From NCBI GenBank assembly GCA_052168235.1, contig JBQLZK010000101.1, positions 1 through 17,461 on the forward strand: a DNA stretch of 17,461 nucleotides, read 5' to 3'. The position numbers and the translations under genes were made by a program. The notes below the pieces were generated by a model. It did no database searches and was not told the origin of the DNA. It worked only from the letters and a program-made list of their open reading frames with translations. The stretch comes from Thainema sp. GTDB taxonomy: Bacteria > Cyanobacteriota > Cyanobacteriia > Phormidesmidales > Phormidesmidaceae. Below, piece by piece: positions 16,329 to 17,461 of the stretch (its first letter is position 1; each line of letters opens with the position of its first letter).

Positions 16329-17081
16329 ATGCCCAAGATTATTGCTGTTCACTCTTATCGAGGAGGAACTGGAAAATCCAATCTCGTTGCTAATCTGGCA
16401 ACACTCCTTGCTGCCCAACGATTTCGAGTCGCGGTGATTGATACCGACTTACAGTCACCAGGAGTCCATAACATCTTTGATCTGGCTGAAGATCAGGTTC
16501 AGTACACGCTGAATGATTACCTGTGGAAGCGCTGTGATATTGAAGCCACGGCCTATGATGTCAGCCAAGCGGCAGGAGTCGAAAATCGGGGCCAGATCTG
16601 GTTAGTTCCGGCCAGCATTAATCCAAATGAGATTGCTCGAATTCTCAGTGAGGGATACAGCGCCAGCCATTTGAACAGCGGCATGAACCGATTAATGCGG
16701 CAGTTTGATCTTGACTATTTGCTGATCGATACTCACCCTGGCTTGAGCAAAGAAACGTTTTTTTCGATTGCGATCGCAAATTTGCTGCTGCTGCTGCTGC
16801 GTCCGGATCGGCAAGATTTTCAGGGTACGGCGGTGACGGTTGATGTGGCGCGTCAATTGCAGGTGCCGAATATGCGGCTGGTGGTGAATAAGGTGCTGCA
16901 AAATGTGGATACCGACGATCTCACCGCTCAGCTTGAGCAAACGTACGATACACCTGTGGCCGGAATTTTGCCTGCTTGCCAGGAAATGATGCAGCTCGGC
17001 AGTGAAGGGGTTTTTTGTCAGTACTATCCGGCTCACCCGTGGACGGAAGCGTTGAGTGCGCTAGTTCAAGGGATTATTTAA
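16329..17081 (+). CDS. MinD/ParA-family ATPase (RGGTGKS subtype)
   Basis: Deviant Walker A HSYRGGTGKSN; IDTDLQSPG; Walker B LLIDTHPG; LVVNKV. Starts 34 nt after the PAS gene and is probably co-transcribed. Confidence 0.88.
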   Translation: MPKIIAVHSYRGGTGKSNLVANLATLLAAQRFRVAVIDTDLQSPGVHNIFDLAEDQVQYTLNDYLWKRCDIEATAYDVSQAAGVENRGQIWLVPASINPNEIARILSEGYSASHLNSGMNRLMRQFDLDYLLIDTHPGLSKETFFSIAIANLLLLLLRPDRQDFQGTAVTVDVARQLQVPNMRLVVNKVLQNVDTDDLTAQLEQTYDTPVAGILPACQEMMQLGSEGVFCQYYPAHPWTEALSALVQGII

Positions 17082-17110
17082 AAATTCCCTTAAGCTTTTA
17101 TCATGTAAAA

Positions 17111-17407
17111 TCAGTCCCACTGCTTATTCAAAGCCTTTTCTACAATTTGCTTAGCTTCTTCAATAGATATATCATTATCTCGATTTGCAATGATTTGCGG
17201 TAACTTGTCACAATCTCTGTTAGAGAGGCTTTTATCCATATTTGATGGCAATGTAACTCCGCAAAGATAAGGTTGTTCATCTCCATCTAGTTGCTCTAGA
17301 GAAAGGTTTTTGGCTGTACTTAGATCTGCTTCTATTAATAAAGCTCCAGCAAGTTTAGCATCACAAAGATTCGTCTCGCGGAAGTTTGTATTAATAAGAT
17401 TGGCACC
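17111..17407 (-). pseudogene. 3' fragment of a pentapeptide-repeat protein gene (not in the ORF track)
   Basis: Open minus-strand frame GANLINTNFRETNLCDAKLAGALLIEADLSTAKNLSLEQLDGDEQPYLCGVTLP...NRDCDKLPQII...EEAKQIVEKALNKQWD-stop (TGA at 17113-17111). There is no standard start codon upstream of the repeats, and an in-frame TAG lies at 17425-17423. Confidence 0.75.
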
Positions 17408-17461
17408 CAGGGCTATTTCATTCTAAACAAGTAGCCTAATATGGGATCGAAGCTGACGCTC
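17408..17461. mobile_element. Possible terminus of an insertion sequence truncating the pentapeptide gene
   Basis: The pentapeptide frame breaks at CAGGGCTATTTCATTCTAAAC, which resembles a CAGGGCTGTTTCATTC end I recall from cyanobacterial IS4-like elements. No transposase is visible in the window. Confidence 0.3.

Larger units (their letters stand above)
859..16777. repeat. HIP1 octamer GCGATCGC, dispersed
   Basis: At least 18 copies seen by eye, at about 859, 1021, 1465, 1844, 3130, 4064, 4370, 6975, 7079, 7377, 7794, 8338, 8759, 10153, 11222, 14308, 15066 and 16770. Confidence 0.9.

Noticed and set aside
16782..16799. TTG(CTG)5 run encoding six Leu in the ATPase as a contingency locus
   Set aside because: It is a short in-frame triplet run in a hydrophobic beta-strand; slippage would not frameshift.
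306..17203. The many 60-155 aa alternative ORFs in the track (e.g. 306-773, 8522-8872, 12568-12975, 13445-13735, 15765-16157)
   Set aside because: Most are antisense or out-of-frame shadows of well-supported genes or run through repeats; none has a recognisable motif.
12411..17461. tRNA-Arg as the attachment site of a genomic island
   Set aside because: No integrase and no duplicated tRNA 3' end were seen, and the next gene is a core chorismate lyase.

Overview
A cyanobacterial chromosomal window: at least 18 HIP1 GCGATCGC octamers, cyanobacteria-type genes and GTAG/REP-like palindromes. The fairly GC-rich coding sequence suggests a Leptolyngbya-like organism, but the taxon cannot be established from this window. 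In order: a GH3 NagZ-type glycosidase; a minus-strand STAS - Mini-III (mrnC) - rlmB - DUF1816 cluster; a glycosyltransferase-like gene and a polysaccharide pyruvyltransferase; a PEP-CTERM protein; a membrane-anchored helical-repeat protein; an M23 peptidase; tRNA-Arg(CCG); a chorismate lyase; a ribbon-helix-helix + 5xPAS sensor lacking any enzymatic output, paired with an atypical MinD/ParA ATPase; and a 5'-truncated pentapeptide-repeat gene, possibly cut by an IS end at the window edge. Best leads: (1) an unannotated ~52-nt NsiR1-like small RNA with a DIF1-like promoter and an intrinsic terminator at 7627-7713; (2) the RHH-PAS5 / MinD-like pair; (3) a probable AUU start codon for the STAS gene; (4) a promoter inside the rlmB 3' end whose spacer includes a poly-A tract. 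Family and motif assignments come from recalled motifs, not database searches.
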